Shown: piece by piece, positions 40,985 through 50,301 of the stretch | Layout: every line of letters starts with the position of its first letter | Numbering within the stretch: position 1 is the first letter of the stretch | Source of the DNA: Sulfurospirillaceae bacterium | GTDB lineage: Bacteria > Campylobacterota > Campylobacteria > Campylobacterales > Sulfurospirillaceae | NCBI GenBank assembly: GCA_033723415.1 | Contig: JAWVXD010000002.1 | Span: forward strand, 312,988 to 376,987 | Length of the DNA: 64,000 bases | Direction: 5' to 3' | Program-made: the position numbers and the translations under genes | Notes under the pieces: generated by a model | Database searches by the model: none | What the model saw: the letters and a program-made list of their open reading frames with translations, nothing else | What the model was told of the DNA's origin: nothing

Positions 40985-41112
40985 TTTATTATTTTAAATA
41001 AATATAGAAGTAATAGTAGAACAGGTTGAAAATGTGAAAATACTCTCTAAACTACCAAATATCAGTAGTTATGAAGTGAATAAAATAAAATTATTATTCA
41101 CATATTTTCACA
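40985..41112. other. oriC2 sub-origin: AT-rich unwinding region, DnaA-trios and DnaA boxes
   Basis: AT tract, then TAG-AAG-TAA-TAG-TAG trios (41005-41019); boxes TGTGAAAAT 41033, AGTGAATAA 41075, TTATTCACA 41094, ATTTTCACA 41104. Confidence 0.85.
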
Positions 41113-41121
41113 TAAAAAATC

Positions 41122-42456
41122 TTAATCTACATTTTTTACTAAAATTTTATTTTTTAATTCTTCTACTCTTAACCTAAATGATTCATTTGTTTCTATTATT
41201 TCGTTTATTTTTTTCATATTGTGCGATACTGCTGTATGATCTTTCATACCAAAATATGATGCAAGTGAAGGCATGGAATTTGGTGTTAAATTTCTAGCTA
41301 AATATATGCCTATCCTTCTTGCTTCTACTATATTTTTGTTTCTTTTCTTTGATTTTATATCACTTGGTTTTATATTTAATTCTTTTGATATTATTATTAT
41401 TATATCTTCTAGGGTTATATTATTTTTCTTTTCTTTTATTTGAGCTCTCATTACATTTTTTGCAAACTCTAGTGTTATTTCTTGTCTCATTAATGTTGCA
41501 TAAGCATTTAGATTTATGATAGCCCCTTCGATTTCTCTTATATTATCACCCATATTTACAGCTATATAATTTGCTATTTCATTATTAAGATCAATTCCGT
41601 CCAGTTCACATTTTTTCTTGATGATCGCGATTTTTGTTTCAAGTTCAGGAATTCCTATATCTGCGATTGAACCCCATTCAAATCTACTTTTTAATCGTTC
41701 TTCTAAACCATTTATCATCTTTGGAGGTTTATCGGAAGTTAATACGATTTGTTTCCCGGATGAATGTAGTTCGTTAAATGTGTGAAAAAACTCTTCTTGT
41801 GTTTGGATTTTATTTGATAAAAACTGGGTATCATCTATAAGCAGTATATCACAATTCCTATATTTTTCTCTAAATCTGTCCATGGTTTGATTTTTTAGAT
41901 TATAGGTAAAATCATTCATAAACTGTTCAATTGTCGCATAGATAACATTTTTACCGTTTGCTTGTGAATAATTTCCTATTGCATGGATAAGATGTGTTTT
42001 TCCAAGTCCTGTCGGACCGTATATAAATACGGGGTTATACATAATCCCAGGTTTATTTGCAACTGATTTGGCTATTGAATAAGCATATTGATTAGAACTT
42101 CCTACAATAAAACTTTCAAATGTATATGATGGATTTAAGATAGTATTCGTTGTCAATTTATTTGATTCAATCAAGCTGTTTTTTGCTTTTGACATAGCTT
42201 TTGATATTTTTTCAATTTTGTCTTTTAGGATAATCTTTATTTCAGGCTTTTTCCCTGTTTTTACTTCAAATAAATGTGCAATTTTTTGAGAATATTTTGT
42301 TTTTATCCAATTTAATATCAAAATATTTGGTACTTCAAATACTTTTTGATCGGAATGAGATTCTTTTTCATTGAAGCTTAACTGTTTTATATATCTTTCA
42401 TATTCTTGTTCAGATATTTCGTCTCTTAAAAGTTTAATAACAGTATCTGCTAACAA
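41122..42456 (-). CDS. dnaA: Chromosomal replication initiator DnaA
   Basis: GPTGLGKTHL Walker A, LLIDD, RLKSRF, NIREIEG, KDHTAVSH; TTG start. Confidence 0.99.
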   Translation of the reverse strand: MLADTVIKLLRDEISEQEYERYIKQLSFNEKESHSDQKVFEVPNILILNWIKTKYSQKIAHLFEVKTGKKPEIKIILKDKIEKISKAMSKAKNSLIESNKLTTNTILNPSYTFESFIVGSSNQYAYSIAKSVANKPGIMYNPVFIYGPTGLGKTHLIHAIGNYSQANGKNVIYATIEQFMNDFTYNLKNQTMDRFREKYRNCDILLIDDTQFLSNKIQTQEEFFHTFNELHSSGKQIVLTSDKPPKMINGLEERLKSRFEWGSIADIGIPELETKIAIIKKKCELDGIDLNNEIANYIAVNMGDNIREIEGAIINLNAYATLMRQEITLEFAKNVMRAQIKEKKNNITLEDIIIIISKELNIKPSDIKSKKRNKNIVEARRIGIYLARNLTPNSMPSLASYFGMKDHTAVSHNMKKINEIIETNESFRLRVEELKNKILVKNVD

Positions 42457-42564
42457 AAAGGCCCCTTAAATATATAATTACAATTGAATACTTATTATTT
42501 TATCTAAAAATATATTAGTTATATGTTAATTGAAAATAGTTATTTTAAACAACACATGTTAAAA

Positions 42565-42606
42565 TGTGAATTAAGTTTTTCACTATGTGAATAAATATGT
42601 GAAAAG
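42565..42606. other. oriC1 DnaA-box cluster in the dnaA-ruvC intergenic region
   Basis: TGTGAATTA 42565, TTTTTCACT 42576, TGTGAATAA 42586, TGTGAAAAG 42598. Confidence 0.8.
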
Positions 42607-42616
42607 AGGGTATTAA

Positions 42617-43087
42617 ATGATTATAATGGGTATAGATCCTGGAACAAAAAATTGCGGATATGCAATCATTAATAAAGAAAAAAGAGGAACTTTTTTAGTA
42701 GAAGCTGGATTGATTAAAATAAAAGAAAAGGTACTTCAACATCAGATAATTGAACTAGTTGAAGGATTGGATATAATTTTTAAAAATCATAAAATCGACA
42801 TAGTAGTCATAGAAGATATATTTTATGCATATAATCCGCAAACAGTGCTTAAACTAGCGCAATTTAGGGGTGCACTAAGTTTAAAGATACTCCAAGTTTT
42901 TGGTAATTTTTTTGAATATACGCCATTACAAGTTAAGAAGGCAGTAACAGGAAACGGAAAAGCTACAAAAGAACAAGTAGCTTTTATGGTAAAGAGAATT
43001 TTAGGAATAAAAAAAGAAATTAAACCACTTGATATCACGGATGCAATAGCTATAGCATTAACACATTCTAATAGTATTAAAGTTTAG
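42617..43087 (+). CDS. ruvC: Holliday junction resolvase RuvC
   Basis: [35 protein letters not shown]. Confidence 0.97.
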   Translation: MIIMGIDPGTKNCGYAIINKEKRGTFLVEAGLIKIKEKVLQHQIIELVEGLDIIFKNHKIDIVVIEDIFYAYNPQTVLKLAQFRGALSLKILQVFGNFFEYTPLQVKKAVTGNGKATKEQVAFMVKRILGIKKEIKPLDITDAIAIALTHSNSIKV

Positions 43088-43688
43088 CACATGTAAAAAG
43101 ATATTTGTGATCATCCGGTAGATTATCATATAATTTCTGAGCTAAATTTTGTATTTCCCAAAGGGCAGATTTACTACTTCTAAGGCTTATGAAATTTTGT
43201 AAGCTTCTAGCATTGATCGTCCAAGTAAGTTCTGTTTTGTAACTTTCAGGCAAACAATATTTTGCTTTATCGTTACTGATTCCTTCTTTGAGAACAAGTC
43301 TTAAATTTTCTAATGCAGTTATACTCATTTTGTCTACCATTTCGACACCTGTAAAAACTAAGTATTTTTCTGCTCTTTTAAAATCATCGTTTTGAAAGCT
43401 TTCTTCATTTTTTAATTCTTTTAGTGTATATCTGGTACTTTTTACTGAGAGTGATGCAATTCTATGCCTTGCAAGCTCTTGTAACAGTGCTCGAGAGATT
43501 CCTTGTATGTAGAATGTATATACTAAATGTTCTAGTGTAGAAGCGTGTTTAAATTTATTTCCGACTCTGTCTATAAGTTCTCTGTCTTTTTCGCCGCCGT
43601 TATCGCTTTTATCAAAACTTTGCCAACAAGTTCTTATAGCACTTGCACAGACTTCTAGTGATGTATGTTGTTGAAGAGTAACTTTCAT
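43077..43688 (-). CDS. thyX: FAD-dependent thymidylate synthase
   Basis: [34 protein letters not shown]. Confidence 0.96.
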   Translation of the reverse strand: MKVTLQQHTSLEVCASAIRTCWQSFDKSDNGGEKDRELIDRVGNKFKHASTLEHLVYTFYIQGISRALLQELARHRIASLSVKSTRYTLKELKNEESFQNDDFKRAEKYLVFTGVEMVDKMSITALENLRLVLKEGISNDKAKYCLPESYKTELTWTINARSLQNFISLRSSKSALWEIQNLAQKLYDNLPDDHKYLFTCAKL

Positions 43689-43737
43689 AATTAGCCCTAT
43701 ATATTTTTAGGGCTAATTATATCAAAATATTATTATA

Positions 43738-45906
43738 TTATTGTTTTAGTTGAAGTAATGTTTGCAACATCTGATCTGATGTTGTAATTGTTTTAGAGTT
43801 TGCTTGAAAACCTCTTTGAATAACAATGAGTTCAGTAAGCGATCTGGATAAGTCAACATTACTCATCTCCAGTGCACTTGCTTGTATAAAACCTCTGCCT
43901 CCTGTCGATGCTTGTCCGATGATTGGATCACCCGAGTTAGATGTTTGTATAAAGGCATTTCCTCCATCACTTTCTAGGGCATTGTTATTTGTAAAACTGG
44001 CCATTGAGACTTGTGCAAGACCAAAACTTCTACCATTTGTAAAAGTACCTATTAATGTACCTGTTTCGTCTACTCTGATACCAGATAAATCACCACCAGG
44101 ATAACCGTCTTGAGATATTCCAGAAGTATTTGATGCTGAGTCAAAACTCGTCATACCATCAAATGCACCGGCAGTTCCAAATTGTAAATTAACATTTTGA
44201 TCAGGAGATGAACCGTTATTTGGAGTATAAGTTAAATTTGAAGGTGTAAAAGATGACAATGAACCATCACTATTGAAACTTATCTGACCGGTTACTATAT
44301 TTTTTGGAGCAAGACCTCCGTTGATGTCACCAGGCTCCGGTACTCTTATAAGAACGCTCCATTGATTTTGTCCAGTCTTTGTAAATTCAAATCTAATAGT
44401 ATGTTTAGTACCTAGTGAATCGTAGGCATCTATGCTTGAGGCATGTGTTGCTGCATAAAGGTTTTGTGAAATTCTAATAGAACTTCCTGATGGGATATTC
44501 CCTTGCAATGCTGATAAGGCTGTAGTAAAATTTGCACTTTCTGTTATATTGCTTACAGGATCTGTAAAGGATGTAATATTTAATGCCATATTTTGATCAT
44601 TTACTCCGTTAGCAGGATTTTCTATTTGATATTGTCCTGAACTGTTTACTGTAACCAAAACACCATCATTCAAATCTGGAGTTCCATTACCAGTATAGTC
44701 AGTATTATTTCTTGCATCATTTTCCATAGCATTTCTAAGATCTTCAGTTGTCGTAAATGTCCTAGAAGAAGTTACTCCGGCTGGAGTAGGTGAAGCACCG
44801 CTATTTGTATATTGGTATTTAAAAGCAGTATAAACATTTTTTGCTGTAACACCTGTAGTATCTGTTCCATTAACAGCAATCTTTAAGTTTTTAGTAACAT
44901 CTGTTGTCCCCATTGAGTTATCATTTGTAAAAGTGATATTTGCTCCATTTACAGTTGCTATAACTCCTGTACTTGAGGTTTTCGTATTAATGAGTGAAGC
45001 TAATTGTTGTGCATTATCAGCAGCAGTGGTACCGGTAGTTGATCCTGTTATCGCTGTTCCGTTGATGGTCATATCAACTGTTGCAGGAGTTGTGGCAGTT
45101 ATAGTTTGTGTATTCACAGAATTTGTATAACTAACCCACATTCCTTGACCATTTTGTATATTTAGGGAATCACCTGTAGAGTTAAAAAGTACACCAAAAT
45201 CCAAACCTTTTTCATAAACTTTTTGATTTGCATTAAAAATAGGATTTCCGGTATTTTCCTGATGTACTTCTGAAGCTGAAATTATTCCATCTCCATTTAA
45301 ATCAACTCCTCCTGCAAAACTATCTAAGGTATATATTGGAGATTTTTCTGTGATACTGTTTCCGGAGTTAAGATTTGCTTTTAAAGTAATATAACTTGTT
45401 TTATTTGCCGGAGTTGTAAGACCGGGTGGAATTGTGATATTTTGAATCGGAGCAGTTGAATCTATAGTACCTGTTGTGCTATCTCTCATCCATCCTTGTA
45501 CAATATAACCGTTACTATCTGTAAAATTTCCGTTTGCATCAAAGACAAAATCACCGTTTCTTGTATATTTATAAGTTTTACCTCCATCAGGGCTTACTAC
45601 GAAAAAACCATCACCTTGTATTGCAAGATCTGTATTTTTATCAGTTGTTTCTACAGATCCTTGTTTGAAGATTTTTGTGATAGAGCTTACTTGTGTACCA
45701 AGTCCGACTTGCATTGGATTTTTACCACCAAGTTCTCCTTGAGGTGCAGTAGCAATTTTTGATGTTTGACTTAGTAGATCAGAAAAATTTGCTCTCGAAT
45801 ATTTAAAGCCCGCTGTATTTACATTGGCTATATTATTACCTTCAACATCCATAGCCACTTGATGTGCTTGTAGTCCGGAAACGCCGGCCCAGAGTGATCT
45901 CATCAT
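43738..45906 (-). CDS. flgE: Flagellar hook protein FlgE (long Campylobacterota type)
   Basis: GNNIANVNTAGFK, DLAIQGDGFF, YTRNG, LEMSNVDL, QRGFQANSK. Confidence 0.95.
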   Translation of the reverse strand: MMRSLWAGVSGLQAHQVAMDVEGNNIANVNTAGFKYSRANFSDLLSQTSKIATAPQGELGGKNPMQVGLGTQVSSITKIFKQGSVETTDKNTDLAIQGDGFFVVSPDGGKTYKYTRNGDFVFDANGNFTDSNGYIVQGWMRDSTTGTIDSTAPIQNITIPPGLTTPANKTSYITLKANLNSGNSITEKSPIYTLDSFAGGVDLNGDGIISASEVHQENTGNPIFNANQKVYEKGLDFGVLFNSTGDSLNIQNGQGMWVSYTNSVNTQTITATTPATVDMTINGTAITGSTTGTTAADNAQQLASLINTKTSSTGVIATVNGANITFTNDNSMGTTDVTKNLKIAVNGTDTTGVTAKNVYTAFKYQYTNSGASPTPAGVTSSRTFTTTEDLRNAMENDARNNTDYTGNGTPDLNDGVLVTVNSSGQYQIENPANGVNDQNMALNITSFTDPVSNITESANFTTALSALQGNIPSGSSIRISQNLYAATHASSIDAYDSLGTKHTIRFEFTKTGQNQWSVLIRVPEPGDINGGLAPKNIVTGQISFNSDGSLSSFTPSNLTYTPNNGSSPDQNVNLQFGTAGAFDGMTSFDSASNTSGISQDGYPGGDLSGIRVDETGTLIGTFTNGRSFGLAQVSMASFTNNNALESDGGNAFIQTSNSGDPIIGQASTGGRGFIQASALEMSNVDLSRSLTELIVIQRGFQANSKTITTSDQMLQTLLQLKQ

Positions 45907-45954
45907 TTTTAAATCCTTTTAATAGATTAATTTCTATTTATCGTAATATGTGTT

Positions 45955-45972
45955 AAGCAACAATTGTTCCTA
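45955..45972 (-). promoter_or_regulatory. sigma54 -24/-12 promoter of flgE
   Basis: Minus strand TAGGAACAATTGTTGCTT, i.e. GG-N10-GC. Confidence 0.8.
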
Positions 45973-47667
45973 TTTTTTCATGTTTATTGCATTTTGAATC
46001 AATTGGTCGCTAGTTGTTATACTTTTTGCACTTGCGTCAAATGCTTTTTGCATTATTATAAGCTCGGTTAAAGCAGTTGTTGTATTTACGTTACTTCCTT
46101 CCAATTTATTTGAACTTATTTGAGTGCCTAAGATTGAATTTCCATTGCTGTCTTTATAAAATATAGGATTTCCACTATTTTGTGAGGCGGCAAATAAATT
46201 ACCTCCTACCTTGTCTAAACCTTGAGCATTGCGAAAGTGATATACGGCAACCTTGGCTATAGGGACACTTCTTCCGTTTGTGAATTCAGCCACAACATTT
46301 CCGTTCCCGTCCATCCCATAATCTTTTAAAAAACCTTGAGTATATCCATTATGTTGTTCGTTTTTTGTAGAACTTAAATTTGCACTTGAAACGAGACCAG
46401 TATATGTACCTGGTGTACCTAAATCCAGAGTTAAAGGAACCCCGCCATTTGATAGTGTGGGTACGGTCGAGCTAGTTAATTGTCCAGCAGATGTAAATTG
46501 TAAAACGCCAGTCTGTGAATCTAATATCGGGTAAATCTTTTTTGCTGTCGTATCAACTTTATATGTATTTGTGTTATAAGTAACATTTGGATCATAAGTT
46601 TGGCTAGGTCCTAATATTTGAACCAAAGCATCCCAAGTTGTGCCTGTTGATTGTTGAGGGACCCTTTTTGTAAAGGTCAAATCTAAAGTATGGTTTTCTC
46701 CACTCGGAGATATTACAGTCGATGAAAAGTGTTCTACATTTGGTATCTCTTGATTTGTTAATAATTTAGCGCTAACGTTTAATGGATTTGTTGTGTCAAG
46801 ATTACTGACATCATATCCGGCGATATTCCAATTTAAGCTACTATCTAAAGTTGCACTTGTGCTGAGTGTATTTCCGGTTGCATCCGTAATTGTTACTAGG
46901 GCCTTGTCTCCAGGCTGTGGATTTAATGCAGCTGAAGTATTTGATATTGTTCCATTTATAGATATAGTTTGATTTGCAGTATCAAGACTACTTGATATAT
47001 CTGCACTATTTATATCAACTTGCGTAGAACTGATATTTACTGTTGGATCTAAATTTGCACTATATGAAACATTTGTTGTAGGGATAGGAGGAAAATATAA
47101 CAGATCAGGTAATTTTATCCTAGTTTGTGATGCTACGCTCCCAAGAGGTACGTCTTGTATGTTTGAAATAGCATAGGCATCTGCTAAATGTGTAGAAGAT
47201 GTACCGTAATATTTGCCAAAAGCATCAAGAGTTGTTTGATCCAGAGTTGTAGGTGTTACATTTCCTCCGGGCGTTCCTAAAAGATAATTTCCGCTTTCAT
47301 TTGTTAAATATCCATTTGCATCTTTATTGAACAATCCTGCTCTTGTGTAGTATGTTTTATTATCTGTCCCTTGAACTCCAAACCATCCTTGAGAATTAAG
47401 AGCTAGATCAAACACATTATCTGTATTTTGCAGAGTACCTTGGGATGTGTCAAGAGAAGTAGAATCCATTTGGGAACCAAGTCCAATCTCACTTGTGACA
47501 TCTCCCGGGCTTCCTCCGGATAATGTTTTTGAAAATATTGTTGAAAACCCAACACTACTTCCTTTATAGCCTATGGTATCTACATTTAAAATGTTATCGG
47601 ATAAGACATTCATCCCTGATTGAGATGATTTAATACCGGAAATTCCATTATAGAATGATGTAGTCAT
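45970..47667 (-). CDS. Second FlgE-like flagellar hook-basal body protein
   Basis: SDNILNVDTIGYK, DLAL..QGWF, YTRAG, LEGSNV, QKAFDASAK. Confidence 0.88.
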   Translation of the reverse strand: MTTSFYNGISGIKSSQSGMNVLSDNILNVDTIGYKGSSVGFSTIFSKTLSGGSPGDVTSEIGLGSQMDSTSLDTSQGTLQNTDNVFDLALNSQGWFGVQGTDNKTYYTRAGLFNKDANGYLTNESGNYLLGTPGGNVTPTTLDQTTLDAFGKYYGTSSTHLADAYAISNIQDVPLGSVASQTRIKLPDLLYFPPIPTTNVSYSANLDPTVNISSTQVDINSADISSSLDTANQTISINGTISNTSAALNPQPGDKALVTITDATGNTLSTSATLDSSLNWNIAGYDVSNLDTTNPLNVSAKLLTNQEIPNVEHFSSTVISPSGENHTLDLTFTKRVPQQSTGTTWDALVQILGPSQTYDPNVTYNTNTYKVDTTAKKIYPILDSQTGVLQFTSAGQLTSSTVPTLSNGGVPLTLDLGTPGTYTGLVSSANLSSTKNEQHNGYTQGFLKDYGMDGNGNVVAEFTNGRSVPIAKVAVYHFRNAQGLDKVGGNLFAASQNSGNPIFYKDSNGNSILGTQISSNKLEGSNVNTTTALTELIIMQKAFDASAKSITTSDQLIQNAINMKK

Positions 47668-47705
47668 GTATTGGTTCCTTTTAATTTATAAAGAAATAAT
47701 TTTTA

Positions 47706-48422
47706 TTAAAAGAATTCTTTTATATTGTTCATAGGAACATATGAATTTCCTAGTTTCATAGATACAGTTCCAGCGTCATACTTAACAGATTCTACAGGAT
47801 AAATGCCATATTGAGTTTTCATAGCTGCTCCCGTTGAATCAGTATAATCTGCTGTTACACTATAACTTCCTTTAGGCAGAGGGGTACCGCTGTTGTCTTT
47901 GCCGTCCCAATTAAATGATAATACTCCGGTATTTCCGGCTTGATTATCCAAAGAAATAGTTTTGACAACATTTCCGCTTGTATCTTTTATACTCAGTGTT
48001 CCAGAAGCTATTTTATACGGGAAATAAACATCAAACTTTGTACCGCCCGTATCAGGTATAGAAACAGTATTAGTTCCGAGACTTGCCATTTTACCGATTG
48101 CCGATATCGCATTATAATCTTGGGAACTGTTGAGTTGACTGACTAATTTTGCCATGGCTTTATTTGTATTGTCAGCTGATTCTAGTGTCGCAAGTTGTGA
48201 TGTTTGTGTTAGGATCTTACCTGAATCCATAGGACTTGTAGGGTCTTGATATTGAAGTTCAGTCAAAAGCAATTTCATAAAAGAATCTTTTCCTAAAACT
48301 GCATTTGGATTTTGCACAGTAGTGCTAGAAGAGCTAGTTGTATTTGAAACACTTGTGCCGTTTAATGTATTGTTTACTCCTGCAATTCCTGTCGTATTTG
48401 CTGTTATTCCGCTTGTTGCCAT
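47706..48422 (-). CDS. flgD: Flagellar hook capping protein FlgD
   Basis: LGKDSFMKLLLTELQYQDPTSPMD, FNWDGKD. Confidence 0.95.
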   Translation of the reverse strand: MATSGITANTTGIAGVNNTLNGTSVSNTTSSSSTTVQNPNAVLGKDSFMKLLLTELQYQDPTSPMDSGKILTQTSQLATLESADNTNKAMAKLVSQLNSSQDYNAISAIGKMASLGTNTVSIPDTGGTKFDVYFPYKIASGTLSIKDTSGNVVKTISLDNQAGNTGVLSFNWDGKDNSGTPLPKGSYSVTADYTDSTGAAMKTQYGIYPVESVKYDAGTVSMKLGNSYVPMNNIKEFF

Positions 48423-48432
48423 TTTTTATCCT

Positions 48433-50112
48433 TTATACATATTGAGGAACTATGAGCTCCACAGTGCTGTCATAACTGTTTTGATTTTGAATATTTTCAA
48501 ATTGATTCCCGCTGTCTTGCCTATTTTGTTGTTGATTATTTTGACTTTGACCTTGATTTTGATCAGAAAAATTCATCTCTAAGTTCGTAAAACCCATATT
48601 AACGAGAGAGTTTTTAAACTCTGCCTGATTTTGTGTAAATAACGACATTGTATTTGTATTTGATGTTATATTTACGTGAAGATTATTACCTCTATGCAGT
48701 AAAACAACATCAACCGAACCTAAATTTTTTGGATTTAATGAAAGCTGTACTTTCATAATAGGCGGTTTGTAATTGTCGATTTTTTCTTTTAAATCTGTTG
48801 CAAATTGATTTAAACTATTTTTGAAAGGAATATTCTTGTCCGCCTTTGCAGTATCTTGTAACGCATGGTTTTTCATATCTAATTTATGGTGTACAGATGA
48901 TAAATTATTGTTAGGATCACTATTTTTCTTGGCACTGTTTTCATGTAAAGTTTTAGTGGATTTTTGTTGTATATTAGCTTCGTTTATAGTAGATATTTTA
49001 GGTTGTACATCTTTTTTTATATGATTTTTTGTAAGCGTACTTAGGTCTTGTTTTGTTTGTAAATTATCAATCTTAACATTGTCTTTGTTTGTCTTTATGG
49101 CACTTATATCTTTTTTCGCTTTTTCATCTTTTAAAACCGTTTTTTTGTCTATAGAATTTTTTTGTTGAATCTGACTCTCTATATCTTGAATTTTTAAATC
49201 TTTGCCTTTTATATCATTTGTTGATTGTTTTCCTATTTTATTTTTTTTATCTTCTTCCGTATTGTTGGCTACAACTTTTTTGGTATTTTTGTCTATGTTG
49301 CTTAACAAGGATTGCAACACATTTTTCGATGAGTCTTGAACATCACTGATTTTTGCTGTAGTATCAGGTAGTTTTGTATTTTTCTTTAGATTATGTATGC
49401 TTTGAATCAATGTAGTTGTTGAGGTGTCCTTTGCTAAATTTTGCGTATCTTTGTTGTTTAAATTCTTTATAATATGTTCATTTAACGTCGTTTTAGAACT
49501 TTTCACATTATTTTGTTCGATCTGTGGCACAGTCTTTGTATCTGTTCTTTGATTGTCATTTGATTCGGTTAATTTAAAAAATTGTTTTATATCCAATTTT
49601 GGAAATTCTTTTTGAATATCGATTACTTTTTGTTTTGTCAATTTTATATTTTCTAATCCAAGATCATATTTCTTAGATAGTTTTATAAGATCATTAACAT
49701 CTTTAACATTTTTCAAATCGTTTAGTAGAGTATTTCTATCTGTAGTTGTATTTTTATGTAGTACTGCTTGTAGTTTGTCTGTAAATTTTGGAAATGACAT
49801 TTGTTTGTTATCGCTTTTTAACAGACTTATTATGTTAAGAATTTCACTTAATAAAAGTTCACTTGCGGATTTCGATTTGTCATCTATTGTCGTAGATATT
49901 TTAGATTTTTCTATGTTTGAAGAATTTTTAATTTCTGTCGAAATAGATTTTTTAGCAGAATTCTTAATTTGTTCAAACAGGATAGATACAAAATCTTTTG
50001 AAGAGTCTTTATTCGCAGATTTATCGGTAGTCGCAGAGGAACCTTTTGAAGAATCTTTGGCAGGCGCTAAAACATTTGCCAACACTCCGCCTTGTGCTAT
50101 AAAACTTTGCAT
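48433..50112 (-). CDS. fliK: Flagellar hook-length control protein FliK
   Basis: Long low-complexity region then LNPKNLGSVDV...LVNMGF and Q-rich tail; upstream of flgD. Confidence 0.9.
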   Translation of the reverse strand: MQSFIAQGGVLANVLAPAKDSSKGSSATTDKSANKDSSKDFVSILFEQIKNSAKKSISTEIKNSSNIEKSKISTTIDDKSKSASELLLSEILNIISLLKSDNKQMSFPKFTDKLQAVLHKNTTTDRNTLLNDLKNVKDVNDLIKLSKKYDLGLENIKLTKQKVIDIQKEFPKLDIKQFFKLTESNDNQRTDTKTVPQIEQNNVKSSKTTLNEHIIKNLNNKDTQNLAKDTSTTTLIQSIHNLKKNTKLPDTTAKISDVQDSSKNVLQSLLSNIDKNTKKVVANNTEEDKKNKIGKQSTNDIKGKDLKIQDIESQIQQKNSIDKKTVLKDEKAKKDISAIKTNKDNVKIDNLQTKQDLSTLTKNHIKKDVQPKISTINEANIQQKSTKTLHENSAKKNSDPNNNLSSVHHKLDMKNHALQDTAKADKNIPFKNSLNQFATDLKEKIDNYKPPIMKVQLSLNPKNLGSVDVVLLHRGNNLHVNITSNTNTMSLFTQNQAEFKNSLVNMGFTNLEMNFSDQNQGQSQNNQQQNRQDSGNQFENIQNQNSYDSTVELIVPQYV

Positions 50113-50145
50113 AGTTATACCCTGAAATTAATATTTATAGTTATA

Positions 50146-50163
50146 AAGCAAAATTCATTCCAA
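50146..50163 (-). promoter_or_regulatory. sigma54 -24/-12 promoter of the fliK-flgD operon
   Basis: Minus strand TTGGAATGAATTTTGCTT, i.e. GG-N10-GC. Confidence 0.82.
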
Positions 50164-50301
50164 TTAAATGGTAAATCAGTAGTTTTGTTATGCAAAAATA
50201 ATAAATACTGTATTATAAGGAAAATTGGATATAATATCATCCTTATGCTAACTCTCATCTGATAAACATATAAGGTTAGTTATTAATTTTAGGAGAAATT
50301 T

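Noticed and set aside
48433..50112. Long low-complexity K/N/D/Q-rich coding region as a novel repeat protein
   Set aside because: Expected for the disordered ruler region of FliK.
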